15,313 bases of DNA from Fibrobacterales bacterium (GCA_051532055.1 JAOPTX010000065.1:2639-17951); one strand, 5' to 3'. Positions 1-8,026 are shown, counted from the first letter of the stretch. The notes: generated from the letters alone by a model not told the origin. Numbers and translations are program-made.

Positions 1-872
1 GGACTAACGGGACTAACGGTGTTGATGGAAACAGCTTTCTATCTGGACTCACTATTCCTGACCCATCTACAGGTACAGACAATGATACCTACTTAGATAT
101 TGAAGAACAAATTTTTTACACAAAAACTAATGGTGTATGGGTAATTATAGATTTACAAGCTGCAATGGCAAAGGTTGATCTCGACTACTTACTAAACGCT
201 GGCGTTTCTGTAACAGATCTTTTTGGCACGCAGTACACCCTCAGAAAGCTTATTGAAGCAGGGATTCAAGAAGATAGCCTCCACACCGTTGGCATTCTTG
301 GATCAGTTGAAGACACTCGCGATAACACAATGTATGAATGGGTAACTATCGGAACACAAAAATGGATGAGATCAAACCTTGACTACGCTTCTACTATTGG
401 AAGCTCTTGCTATGATGACGACCTCAATAATTGTACTACATATGGTAGACTCTATGACTTTAAAACAGCTATTGATTCTGCAACGGATCTTTCACAACCA
501 ATTCAAGGCATTTGCCCAGATGCATGGCACCTTCCTACTAACGATGAATGGACTATCCTCAACGACTATATTACAGATAATTTTACAGTAACAGCCGTTG
601 GTACAAGCCTCCTTGAAGCAAATGAGAATCAATTTGGTTTTGATGGATTTCTCGGTGGATACGAAAGAGAACCTGGAACACCTAATGCTCAATGGGATCA
701 AGTTGATACACGAGGACGCTGGTGGGCTGCTGGTGAAACAAATGATGCTGTACCTGCAGGTAACTTTAGACACATCTACCTTGATTGGCCTGTTGACGCT
801 GAGAAGAATATTCTTGGTGAAAACAATCATAATCAAGAGTACAAAATGTCAGTTCGTTGTTTACTTGATTAA
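1..872 (+). CDS. Surface/secreted protein, 5'-partial: collagen-like G-X-Y end, linker module and C-terminal FISUMP (Fibrobacter succinogenes major paralogous) domain
   Basis: The frame of ORF 165..872 is open from position 3 (TNGTNGVDGNSFLSGLTIPDPSTGTDNDTYLDIEEQIFYTKTNGVW...), so the real start lies left of the window. FISUMP motifs: D-RD--Y--VTIGTQKWMRSNLDY, YGRLY, QGICPDAWHLPTNDEW, GRWW and terminal SVRC. TAA at 870-872. Confidence 0.9.
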   Translation, partial: TNGTNGVDGNSFLSGLTIPDPSTGTDNDTYLDIEEQIFYTKTNGVWVIIDLQAAMAKVDLDYLLNAGVSVTDLFGTQYTLRKLIEAGIQEDSLHTVGILGSVEDTRDNTMYEWVTIGTQKWMRSNLDYASTIGSSCYDDDLNNCTTYGRLYDFKTAIDSATDLSQPIQGICPDAWHLPTNDEWTILNDYITDNFTVTAVGTSLLEANENQFGFDGFLGGYEREPGTPNAQWDQVDTRGRWWAAGETNDAVPAGNFRHIYLDWPVDAEKNILGENNHNQEYKMSVRCLLD

Positions 873-926
873 TCTCCAGTAACAATAACGATTCTACTAT
901 AGTACCGAATTAATTTAACGAAACTC

Positions 927-956
927 AAAAAGGTTGCCCACAAGGCAACCTTTTTT
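927..956 (+). terminator. Intrinsic terminator of the FISUMP gene, potentially bidirectional
   Basis: AAAAAGGTTGCC-cacaa-GGCAACCTTTTTT: perfect stem with flanking A and T tracts, about 55 nt after the stop codon. Confidence 0.9.
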
Positions 957-963
957 GTTTAGA

Positions 964-977
964 AGAGAGAGAGAGAG
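964..977. repeat. (AG)7 dinucleotide microsatellite
   Basis: agagagagagagag read directly; intergenic between two convergent terminators. Confidence 0.8.
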
Positions 978-1052
978 TATTGTTCATGTCCGTAAGTTAG
1001 ATCATTTTGTGCTATTCCACAAACCCACAAAGCGGATGATTCTTTTATAAAC

Positions 1053-1084
1053 AAAAAAGCCCACATCCAAAGGATGGGGCTTTT
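1053..1084 (-). terminator. Intrinsic terminator downstream of pfp
   Basis: Minus strand reads AAAAGCCCCATCC-ttt-GGATGTGGGCTTTTTT: GC-rich stem with one bulge, followed by T6. Confidence 0.8.
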
Positions 1085-1101
1085 AAACATATAAGAACCA
1101 T

Positions 1102-1210
1102 ATTTTTGATTCAGATGTAATGCTGACACAAGGCATTGAGAGCACAGGCGTACATTTTGTACGTCAAGCGCTCAATAACGAAGTATCAGCGTTGCAGCTG
1201 GAGCAAAAAT
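1102..1210. repeat. 109-nt imperfect long palindrome (REP/MITE-like element or structured RNA)
   Basis: Three stacked stems: 1102-1129/1183-1210 (22 Watson-Crick + 3 G-T of 28 positions), 1135-1143/1168-1176 (8 of 9) and 1148-1154/1158-1164 (6 WC + 1 G-T) closing a TTT loop. Confidence 0.8.
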
Positions 1211-2871
1211 TAAGCTTTTACTGACTGGTGCTCAAGCTCTAATGTTCTTGAAACTTGGTCACATACTTCTGTTGGGCCAAAATATTGAATTGGTCCTGGG
1301 TAGAGGTATGAATCAGACATTTTCCACTCTTCACGTTTTGAAGCAAAGTATTTGAAAGGTCCAGCATCAAGTTCAACAAGTGCTTTTTGAATAACAGGCT
1401 TGTCTTCACCGTGACGACGCTCCATGTTCATGAGCATAGTTGTTGGGATACCACCCGCTTTCCAGTTTTCAACACCTTGAGTAAGATCAGAAATTGAAGA
1501 CATGTAGCCAGTCATACCGTTCTGAGCAAGAACTGCAGCAGAGTAACCAAGACCGTAACAGTAGTCAGCATCAAAGTTAGATGGTGCTGCACAACGACCT
1601 TCGTAACCGAAGAAGTGATTAAGTGCTTTGAAAGAACCTTTGAAAGCCGCACGTGCTTTAACTTCTTTACCAACGAGTTCGATAAGAAGTTTTTCAGTTT
1701 CAATAAGAGAAACTTGAACGTTACCATGTGGGTCACGATCGAGAAGAAGTTGTGCTTGGATGCCTTGTGGAAGTGAGTTAAGTACAACAGCTGCATCTGC
1801 AGATATAAGCGTACACACTTTTTCAACTTTCGCCGGGATCTCTTCGATAGCATTTACTTCTGCTTCGTGATGTGCTAGTGAGTCATTAAGCTCAGAGATC
1901 AGTGCTTTGATCTCTGGGATAAATTCTACAAGACCTTCAGGAATAAGGATAACACCAAAGTTTTTACCTGCTGCTGCACGTGCTTCAACCATGTCTGCGA
2001 TACCACTTACAACTTGACCAAGAGTCTGTTGTTCAGCTTCAACTTCTTCAGAGATGATACAGTAGTTCACTTGAGTTTGAAGAACTGCTTCAAGACCAAT
2101 ATGTGACGCGGAACGACCCATAAGTTTGATGAAGTGATAATATTTTTTAGCAGAGTTACAGTCACGTGCGATGTTACCAATAAGCTCAGCATATGTTTTA
2201 ACTGCAGTGTCAAAACCAAAAGAAGTTTCAACATATTCGTTTTTAAGGTCACCATCAATAGTTTTTGGCGCGCCAACTACTGAACATGGAGCACCTTGCT
2301 CTTTAAAGTATTCTGCAAGAACTGCTGCGTTTGTATTAGAGTCATCACCACCGATGATAACGATACAATCAACGTTGTTTGCTTTTACTACTTCGATACA
2401 TTTATCGAACTGTGCAGTAGATTCAAGTTTTGTACGACCAGAACCAATGATATCGAATCCACCAGTGTTACGGTAGTCGTCCATGATTGCTGGTGTAATT
2501 TCAAGGAATTCACCATGTTCAAGCCCACCAGGGCCACCGATGAAACCAAGTACTTTAGAGTCAGCATTGATAGATTTAACCCCATCAAAGATACCAGCGA
2601 TAACATTGTGTCCACCAGGAGCTTGACCACCAGAAAGAACAACACCAACAGTGATTGCTTTAGTATCTGCAGCAGAAGTACCGTCAGCGAAAGATACTAC
2701 TGGAGCACCATACGTGTTTGGGAACAATTTTTTGATTGCTTCTTGGTCTTTGATAGACTCAGTAGGAGCACCAGCTACGATTGTTACATTTTTAGTACCA
2801 TTTCTGAGTGATACGGGGAGCTTAGGCTGATACTCTTTACGAGCTTTTGCCAATACCGATATTTCTGACAT
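1210..2871 (-). CDS. pfp: Diphosphate--fructose-6-phosphate 1-phosphotransferase (long-type PPi-dependent phosphofructokinase)
   Basis: 553 aa. Motifs SGGQAPGGHNVI, YRNTGGFDIIGSGRTK, GGDDSNTNAA (the Asp indicates PPi use), PKTIDGD, MGRSASH, RDPHGN, FFGYEGR, PGPIQYFGP. AAGGA RBS upstream. Confidence 0.97.
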   Translation of the reverse strand: MSEISVLAKARKEYQPKLPVSLRNGTKNVTIVAGAPTESIKDQEAIKKLFPNTYGAPVVSFADGTSAADTKAITVGVVLSGGQAPGGHNVIAGIFDGVKSINADSKVLGFIGGPGGLEHGEFLEITPAIMDDYRNTGGFDIIGSGRTKLESTAQFDKCIEVVKANNVDCIVIIGGDDSNTNAAVLAEYFKEQGAPCSVVGAPKTIDGDLKNEYVETSFGFDTAVKTYAELIGNIARDCNSAKKYYHFIKLMGRSASHIGLEAVLQTQVNYCIISEEVEAEQQTLGQVVSGIADMVEARAAAGKNFGVILIPEGLVEFIPEIKALISELNDSLAHHEAEVNAIEEIPAKVEKVCTLISADAAVVLNSLPQGIQAQLLLDRDPHGNVQVSLIETEKLLIELVGKEVKARAAFKGSFKALNHFFGYEGRCAAPSNFDADYCYGLGYSAAVLAQNGMTGYMSSISDLTQGVENWKAGGIPTTMLMNMERRHGEDKPVIQKALVELDAGPFKYFASKREEWKMSDSYLYPGPIQYFGPTEVCDQVSRTLELEHQSVKA

Positions 2872-3090
2872 CTATATTCCTTGGTTAGAATTTCAATTTG
2901 AGGGGTAAGATAGTAAAATCCACCCTAAATACCAATATTGTACCCTCGATTTTACTCCAATCCTTATAGTGTACAATGCCCATTTTTTGATAAAAAACAG
3001 CAAAAACATTCGTTTCTGGTAATCACCCGCTCGATGACTGAATAGAGTTGCTATTTTAAACTCGTAACTCACTTTTAAGGAGATTTTATT

Positions 3091-3477
3091 ATGTACAGCA
3101 TTCTATCCTGGTCTACAATCCTATTATTACTCATTATTGGGTGTTCAAATTCTCGCAAAAACTCTGACAATACCTTAAACCTCGATACTAAATCAGATAA
3201 TCTTACTCGTATGGAAAAATCTCAAAAGCGGATTGAGGTACTCGAATTTGAGATCGAACAACTTACTGATTCTCTAGCAATAGACCCACCGAGAAAAAGT
3301 TATTATCAGTCTCGTATTAGAGAAAAAGAAGCAGCCAAAGAGAATGCCGAACGATCATATCGCCTTGACCAAATAGCTGCCGAAGATGATGCAGAGCGAT
3401 CCTACCACAAAGGCTGGGGCCATGGAAGTGTCGACCGTGATAAAGAAAGACCCCCAGAACCGATCCTTACAAAGTAA
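3091..3477 (+). CDS. Hypothetical lipoprotein with a coiled-coil-like segment
   Basis: AAGGAGA RBS; hydrophobic N-terminus ending LLLIIGC (lipobox-like); charged helical middle region. Confidence 0.7.
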   Translation: MYSILSWSTILLLLIIGCSNSRKNSDNTLNLDTKSDNLTRMEKSQKRIEVLEFEIEQLTDSLAIDPPRKSYYQSRIREKEAAKENAERSYRLDQIAAEDDAERSYHKGWGHGSVDRDKERPPEPILTK

Positions 3478-3486
3478 CAGAAACAT

Positions 3487-4095
3487 ATGAACTACCTTGC
3501 CCACTCTTTATTATCACCACCTATTCCTGGTGTTCTCCTTGGTAATGTTTGTGGTGATTTTGTGAAAGGTTCTATCAACCCAGGAGTCTCTGATGACCTG
3601 TGGTCTGGCATTCAGCTCCATAGATTTATCGACGGGTACACTGATAATCATCCTATCTTTTTACAAAGTAGAGCCCGCCTATCAGCAACGAGAAGACGGT
3701 TTGCAGGAATCATTATTGATGTCGCCTATGACTATTTTCTCTCTCAACATTGGGACAGGTTTTCAACTGTAAAACGCTTCACTCATATTGACTCTGTATA
3801 CACCGCACTTGTACACCATGAAACACTACTCCCCTCTCAATTTATTGAGGTACGAGACCGCATAATCCGCTATGACTGGTTGAGAGGCTACCACTCATTA
3901 GATGGAATCGCTCAAACATTGGAGAGTATCAGTAGGCGGTTTGCAAAACGAACGGGCCGAGAGAATCCCCTCACTGGATCAATTGAAGAAATTATTCTAT
4001 ATAGTACAGAATTAGAAGAAGACTTTTTAACCTTTTTTCCACAACTACAGAACGAGGTTGCACAATGGATAACAGAGAACGTGACCAAGAGATAG
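3487..4095 (+). CDS. acpH: Acyl carrier protein phosphodiesterase (AcpH/DUF479 family)
   Basis: MNYLAH.., LGN..GDFVKG, GIQLHRFIDGYTDNHP, IIIDVAYDYFLSQHW and terminal LEEDFLTFFPQL are family motifs; 202 aa. Confidence 0.88.
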   Translation: MNYLAHSLLSPPIPGVLLGNVCGDFVKGSINPGVSDDLWSGIQLHRFIDGYTDNHPIFLQSRARLSATRRRFAGIIIDVAYDYFLSQHWDRFSTVKRFTHIDSVYTALVHHETLLPSQFIEVRDRIIRYDWLRGYHSLDGIAQTLESISRRFAKRTGRENPLTGSIEEIILYSTELEEDFLTFFPQLQNEVAQWITENVTKR

Positions 4096-4553
4096 AAAGA
4101 GAGAGCAAACGCCAACTCCACGCTAAAGGCGGTGGGTCACTCGCATCTGCCCTTAGTGAAAAAGGCAGTGACTTCTTATCAGGAGGCTCACCAATCCCTC
4201 TTATCTTACAAGCCGAGACCGCAATAGCCAGCTACATTAACAGTGAAGTACGAGACTCTTGTGGTGCTCTTAAGGCCACTCTTCAGATTCGTATCAAACG
4301 AAAGCAATCAATCATTGCGGAACATATAGATACCCCTCTCGCAGTATTAAAAACCATGATAGCCCTCTTTTTAGAAAAAGAACCTCTTCTCTTTGATTTC
4401 GTAAGAGAGGTGGATGCGTGCTATGGCAACATGTATCAAGAGCGGCCACACTTCCAGCGTCCTGGCGCTAAAGCACATCCTGATGATGAGTATACTCATG
4501 AAAGTGTCAGAGAGTCACTCGAGGAACTTTATGCAAAGCTCCAGGCCCTATAA
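4065..4553 (+). CDS. Conserved-looking hypothetical protein
   Basis: 162 aa, GAGGT RBS, overlaps the acpH end by 31 nt. Motif-like segments FLSGGSPIP and VDACYGNMYQERPHFQRPGAKAHPDDEYTHESVR. Confidence 0.7.
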   Translation: MDNRERDQEIERESKRQLHAKGGGSLASALSEKGSDFLSGGSPIPLILQAETAIASYINSEVRDSCGALKATLQIRIKRKQSIIAEHIDTPLAVLKTMIALFLEKEPLLFDFVREVDACYGNMYQERPHFQRPGAKAHPDDEYTHESVRESLEELYAKLQAL

Positions 4554-4578
4554 AGTACTTATAGGTGATGCATCTCCC

Positions 4579-6240
4579 CTATTCCTTATCAAATGCCGCC
4601 GCAATAAGACACTCAATATTCATTGTAATTTGGGCCTGTGATCCATACCGTCGCCTCTCAGCAATAAAGAAATCAAGCACTGCAGTATCCCCATTAGTCA
4701 AGCCTATGTTATCAGCTTCAGTTTGCAAATAAAACTCTTTTTGTATGGGGTTGTGGATTCCACCAATATCAAGAACAAGGTGACCGTTTAAAAATACAAA
4801 TACATCATCATCGCCAGAAAAATCAAAGGTTTGTTCATCAGCTCCTTCACGAATATAGAGAAACTTGCGCTGCATATGTGCGGCAAACCCATAGTTCGGT
4901 GTTCCTTTACACACAGACCCATTCCCTCCTCCAGTGCCTTCTTCACATCCTCCCGCAGGGAAAAACCCCATCTTATCTGTTTTATATTGATAGGTACTAC
5001 CTGTTGTCCGTGAAAAAGTGAGCAGTGTATCTTTTACCGATATTGCGCCCTCATCAGTCCACCAGGTATTTATTTCTGCATTTGCACATGTATCGATCTT
5101 CATCAAAGGACGACCATTTGCACCAAGGGTATCTTGCACCATATTGCGAGTCCACTCATCAGGACAACCCAAATACCAAAATGGAGTTCCTTCAATACTT
5201 TCGTGATCATACACCGTCAGTTTTAAATCCAAAGTAGTTGGAGCGACATATCCATCAGGTATACACTGAATATCAGTACTAATACTACAGACAGTCTGAG
5301 ACAAGCACTCATCATCATCACAATCAATATCGCCATCAAAATCATTATCGATACCATCATCACAAGCTGCATTGGTATTTTCTTGACAGTTACTCGCTCT
5401 TAAACAGTCAGAGTCTTCACAGTCGATCTTATTGTCGAGATCGTTATCTTCACCATCCTCACACAGGTCAAAGGTATTTTCAACTAAGTCATGAGAAACA
5501 CAGGCGGGATGAAAATTGCAATCAGAATCTTCACAGTCAATGCGGTTGTCAAAGTCATTATCTTCTTTATCATCGCATACAAGTTCTGGAAGGCACGCCC
5601 CTACAAAGGCACAGCTTTTATCTTGGCAATCGATATCATCATCGGCATCGTTATCGATGCCATCACGACAGGTCTCATCACTATTTTCAGAACAGTCGCC
5701 TTTTCCATTACAGCCAGGGTCATCGCAGTCAATAAGATCATCACCATCATTGTCAATTGTATCATTACAAAAATCATCGGTATTTTCTATGCAAAAATCA
5801 AATCGTGAACAACTCGGGTCATTACAATCGACTCGTCCATTATCATCATTATCTTCTTCATCACTACAGAGGTCATATGTATTTTCAAATGAGACTTTAA
5901 AACAGACTTCAGTGTAGAAACAATCTGGATCTTCACAATCTTCTTCTCCATCATCATCATTATCTTCTTCATCATCACAAAGGTATTCAGGAATACACTC
6001 CGCTATACCATAACAATCAGTGTCATCGCAATCGATAAACCCATCTAAATCATTGTCTTTTGAATCGGTACATTCTTTATGAGTCGTCTCAGTTGGTGGA
6101 TCAATTACTGCTTCTGAGTTAAGATCCATATTGAGCATATCATTTTTATCTGACATACATGATTGTGTAAATAAAGCAACTATAATCCCCAGAATAGTTA
6201 GTCGCTGCAAGTGGCGCGTATGTGTAAATAACGACATCAT
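4579..6240 (-). CDS. Exported (probably lipo)protein with eight Cys/Asp-rich repeats and a C-terminal fibro-slime (PA14-like) domain
   Basis: Signal peptide ending ALFTQSC; 8 x C-x-D-x2-DND-x-D-x3-DC-x-D-x2-C; fibro-slime signature NYGF....F.Y....TFDFSGDDDVFVFLNGHLVLDIGGIH...FFIAER; GGGGGA RBS. Confidence 0.88.
   Translation of the reverse strand: MMSLFTHTRHLQRLTILGIIVALFTQSCMSDKNDMLNMDLNSEAVIDPPTETTHKECTDSKDNDLDGFIDCDDTDCYGIAECIPEYLCDDEEDNDDDGEEDCEDPDCFYTEVCFKVSFENTYDLCSDEEDNDDNGRVDCNDPSCSRFDFCIENTDDFCNDTIDNDGDDLIDCDDPGCNGKGDCSENSDETCRDGIDNDADDDIDCQDKSCAFVGACLPELVCDDKEDNDFDNRIDCEDSDCNFHPACVSHDLVENTFDLCEDGEDNDLDNKIDCEDSDCLRASNCQENTNAACDDGIDNDFDGDIDCDDDECLSQTVCSISTDIQCIPDGYVAPTTLDLKLTVYDHESIEGTPFWYLGCPDEWTRNMVQDTLGANGRPLMKIDTCANAEINTWWTDEGAISVKDTLLTFSRTTGSTYQYKTDKMGFFPAGGCEEGTGGGNGSVCKGTPNYGFAAHMQRKFLYIREGADEQTFDFSGDDDVFVFLNGHLVLDIGGIHNPIQKEFYLQTEADNIGLTNGDTAVLDFFIAERRRYGSQAQITMNIECLIAAAFDKE
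5287..6075 (-). repeat. Eight tandem protein repeats C-x13-C-x4-C-x5-C with a DND-x-D core
   Basis: All 8 units keep identical Cys spacing (32 Cys), e.g. CTDSKDNDLDGFIDCDDTDCYGIAEC and CDDGIDNDFDGDIDCDDDECLSQTVC. Confidence 0.92.
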
Positions 6241-6273
6241 GCTTCCCCCGAAATATTTTATCTAGATATAATA

Positions 6274-6307
6274 AGAAAAAGAACCCCTATAGAAAGGTTC
6301 TTTTTCT
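6274..6307 (-). terminator. Probable terminator/hairpin downstream of hpt
   Basis: AGAAAAAGAACC-N10-GGTTCTTTTTCT, a perfect 12-bp inverted repeat with T-rich ends. Confidence 0.6.
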
Positions 6308-6369
6308 GTTTTTTTTGAATAAAACAATCTCACACAGTAACCCTTGATTACAGAGCTATCTCATTACCA

Positions 6370-6912
6370 CTAGACCTTATCTGGATTACAAACCCCTACA
6401 TAAGGAAGATTCCGGTACTTTTGAGCAAGATCAAGACCATAACCCACAACAAATTCATCTGGGATATCTATTCCACAAAAGTCGATGGGTACTTCAACCT
6501 CTCGACGTGCAGTTTTATTGAGTAACGAACACACTTTTAAAGAAGCCGGCTCACGGCTTTCCAACAGATGTAACACTTTACTGAAGGTATTACCAGTATC
6601 CACAATATCCTCTACAATCAAGACATCACGGCCTTCAATAGATTCATTAAGATCCATAACTACTTTTAGATTCCCCGAACTCACTATTCCATCACCATAG
6701 CTCGATACTGTCATAAAGTCAGTTATCATTGGATGATCAATCTTACGAACCAAGTCAGCCATGAAAATAAATGATCCACGAAGAAGACCCACTACAATGA
6801 GTTCACTCTGAGAATTTTTATAATATTCAGTTATATCTTTACCCAATCGAGCTACAATTTCTTTAATTGTATTTTCAGTGATAAGTACTCTATCTATTCC
6901 TGCCTCTGACAT
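6370..6912 (-). CDS. hpt: Hypoxanthine phosphoribosyltransferase
   Basis: VGLLRGSFIFMADLVR, VSSYG, PRPP-binding VLIVEDIVDTGNT, FVVGYGLD...YRNLPY; 180 aa; AAGGAG RBS. Confidence 0.97.
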   Translation of the reverse strand: MSEAGIDRVLITENTIKEIVARLGKDITEYYKNSQSELIVVGLLRGSFIFMADLVRKIDHPMITDFMTVSSYGDGIVSSGNLKVVMDLNESIEGRDVLIVEDIVDTGNTFSKVLHLLESREPASLKVCSLLNKTARREVEVPIDFCGIDIPDEFVVGYGLDLAQKYRNLPYVGVCNPDKV

Positions 6913-7076
6913 ACACCACTCCTTATGGGTTTATTATAATGCGTACGTTTTCTCATTAAGGTGTAACAGAATTATACGATACATATCTTTTTAAAGAATA
7001 GATTCGCTTTGATTCTGTAAAAAAAGAGGTTTATTAATTTTAGATCAGGGGAGTCATAAAATCGTACTCACTAGAA

Positions 7077-7098
7077 GAGCTTTAGGACGCTAAAGCCC
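7077..7098 (-). terminator. Possible weak terminator after the 7112..7798 gene
   Basis: Minus strand GGGCTTTAG-cgtc-CTAAAGCTC followed only by TTCT. Confidence 0.35.
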
Positions 7099-7111
7099 GA
7101 TGAAGCTACCC

Positions 7112-7798
7112 TTAAGGATAGCTCTTTTTAAGTACACGAAATTTTTTCTCAGCTATTTGAGCAAACTTCTTATACTCTTTTACAAGAATTACTTCTTCAT
7201 CTTCACTTTCGGCGTTAAAATAGCGATGTAGCTTTGTCCCTGCCAAACTGAGGGCCTTGCCCGCAAGAAGGATTTCTTTTTTCATTTCTTCAGTTTTAGG
7301 ACTTCCTGGCTTCATATCTTTAATTTTCTGATAAATACTTGCTGTTTTGTAGCGCAAGCTTCTCGCTTCACCACTCAACTCTTCATAGTCATCATCACTG
7401 AGTTTAACCAAGTTACCAACTTTGAGTTCAGTTACTTTTTTGGCCCAATATTCTCCACGAATAACCCAGTACTTTCCTTCTTTCATGAAAGCATTTATAG
7501 CGATACGGTCAATTTTGGGTCCTTTATTCTCAACAACACGCACTGCAGTCACTCCAGTGACAGGGTCAGCGGGAAGATCCTCAATTTGCATATTCTGAAT
7601 CATTATTTCTTCAGCTTCTTGAGACCCCTTAATAAGGCTCCAATGAGCAGAAGTAACCCAGCCAGCGAGTACAAATGCAGAAATTGCAATTAAAAACGAC
7701 ACCGTCATTTTAATGGGCTTTTTAGCATTTATAGCAATAGATAACGCCACACTACTGAGGGCAAATAGTATAAGAATCCGAAACAGCTCTATACTCAT
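7112..7798 (-). CDS. Hypothetical membrane-anchored protein (two N-terminal hydrophobic helices, Lys/Glu-rich helical domain)
   Basis: 228-aa ORF with GGAG RBS; hydrophobic stretches at about aa 4-24 and 31-50; no family recognised. Confidence 0.72.
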   Translation of the reverse strand: MSIELFRILILFALSSVALSIAINAKKPIKMTVSFLIAISAFVLAGWVTSAHWSLIKGSQEAEEIMIQNMQIEDLPADPVTGVTAVRVVENKGPKIDRIAINAFMKEGKYWVIRGEYWAKKVTELKVGNLVKLSDDDYEELSGEARSLRYKTASIYQKIKDMKPGSPKTEEMKKEILLAGKALSLAGTKLHRYFNAESEDEEVILVKEYKKFAQIAEKKFRVLKKSYP

Positions 7799-8026
7799 GA
7801 TATTTCATCTCCATCAGTCCGAAAAGACCATCACTTCAGTGATGATTGGACACTTTAATAGTAAACAAAATATAGTACTATATAGCTATGAATGGCAAAT
7901 TTTATAGATAATTTTTTCAGTGACCCCTCATGTGACGAGGTAATTGAGTGCTCATTTCTCATTTTCTCCTCACGCAAATCTAAACATCGAAGGCTATACC
8001 TGTTTAACCCAACACAGGGAGACTAT

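Noticed and set aside
165..167. ATG 165 as the FISUMP gene start
   Set aside because: The frame is open and protein-like back to position 3, and there is no RBS or signal peptide at 165.
715..872. FISUMP 3' end as a diversity-generating retroelement variable repeat
   Set aside because: Fib_succ_major domains can be DGR targets, but I saw no near-identical template repeat and no reverse transcriptase in the window. A remote TR cannot be excluded.
1512..2811. Alternative-frame and antisense ORFs inside pfp (1512..1853, 2067..2276, 2171..2476, 2296..2811, 2388..2648)
   Set aside because: Shadows of a strongly codon-biased gene; no recognisable motifs.
4547..4565. CCTATAA-agtac-TTATAGG hairpin between convergent genes as a terminator
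   Set aside because: AT-rich 7-bp stem with no T tract; too weak to call.
4831..5978. Ser-, Ile- or Met-rich ORFs overlapping the fibro-slime gene; repeat region as a CRISPR-like array
   Set aside because: They arise from GAT-rich Asp codons read in other frames; the repeats are conserved at protein level, not as identical DNA repeats with spacers.
7892..8026. 72-aa version of the small + strand ORF starting at 7892
   Set aside because: No RBS at 7892; a strong RBS and an abrupt composition change occur at ATG 8027.
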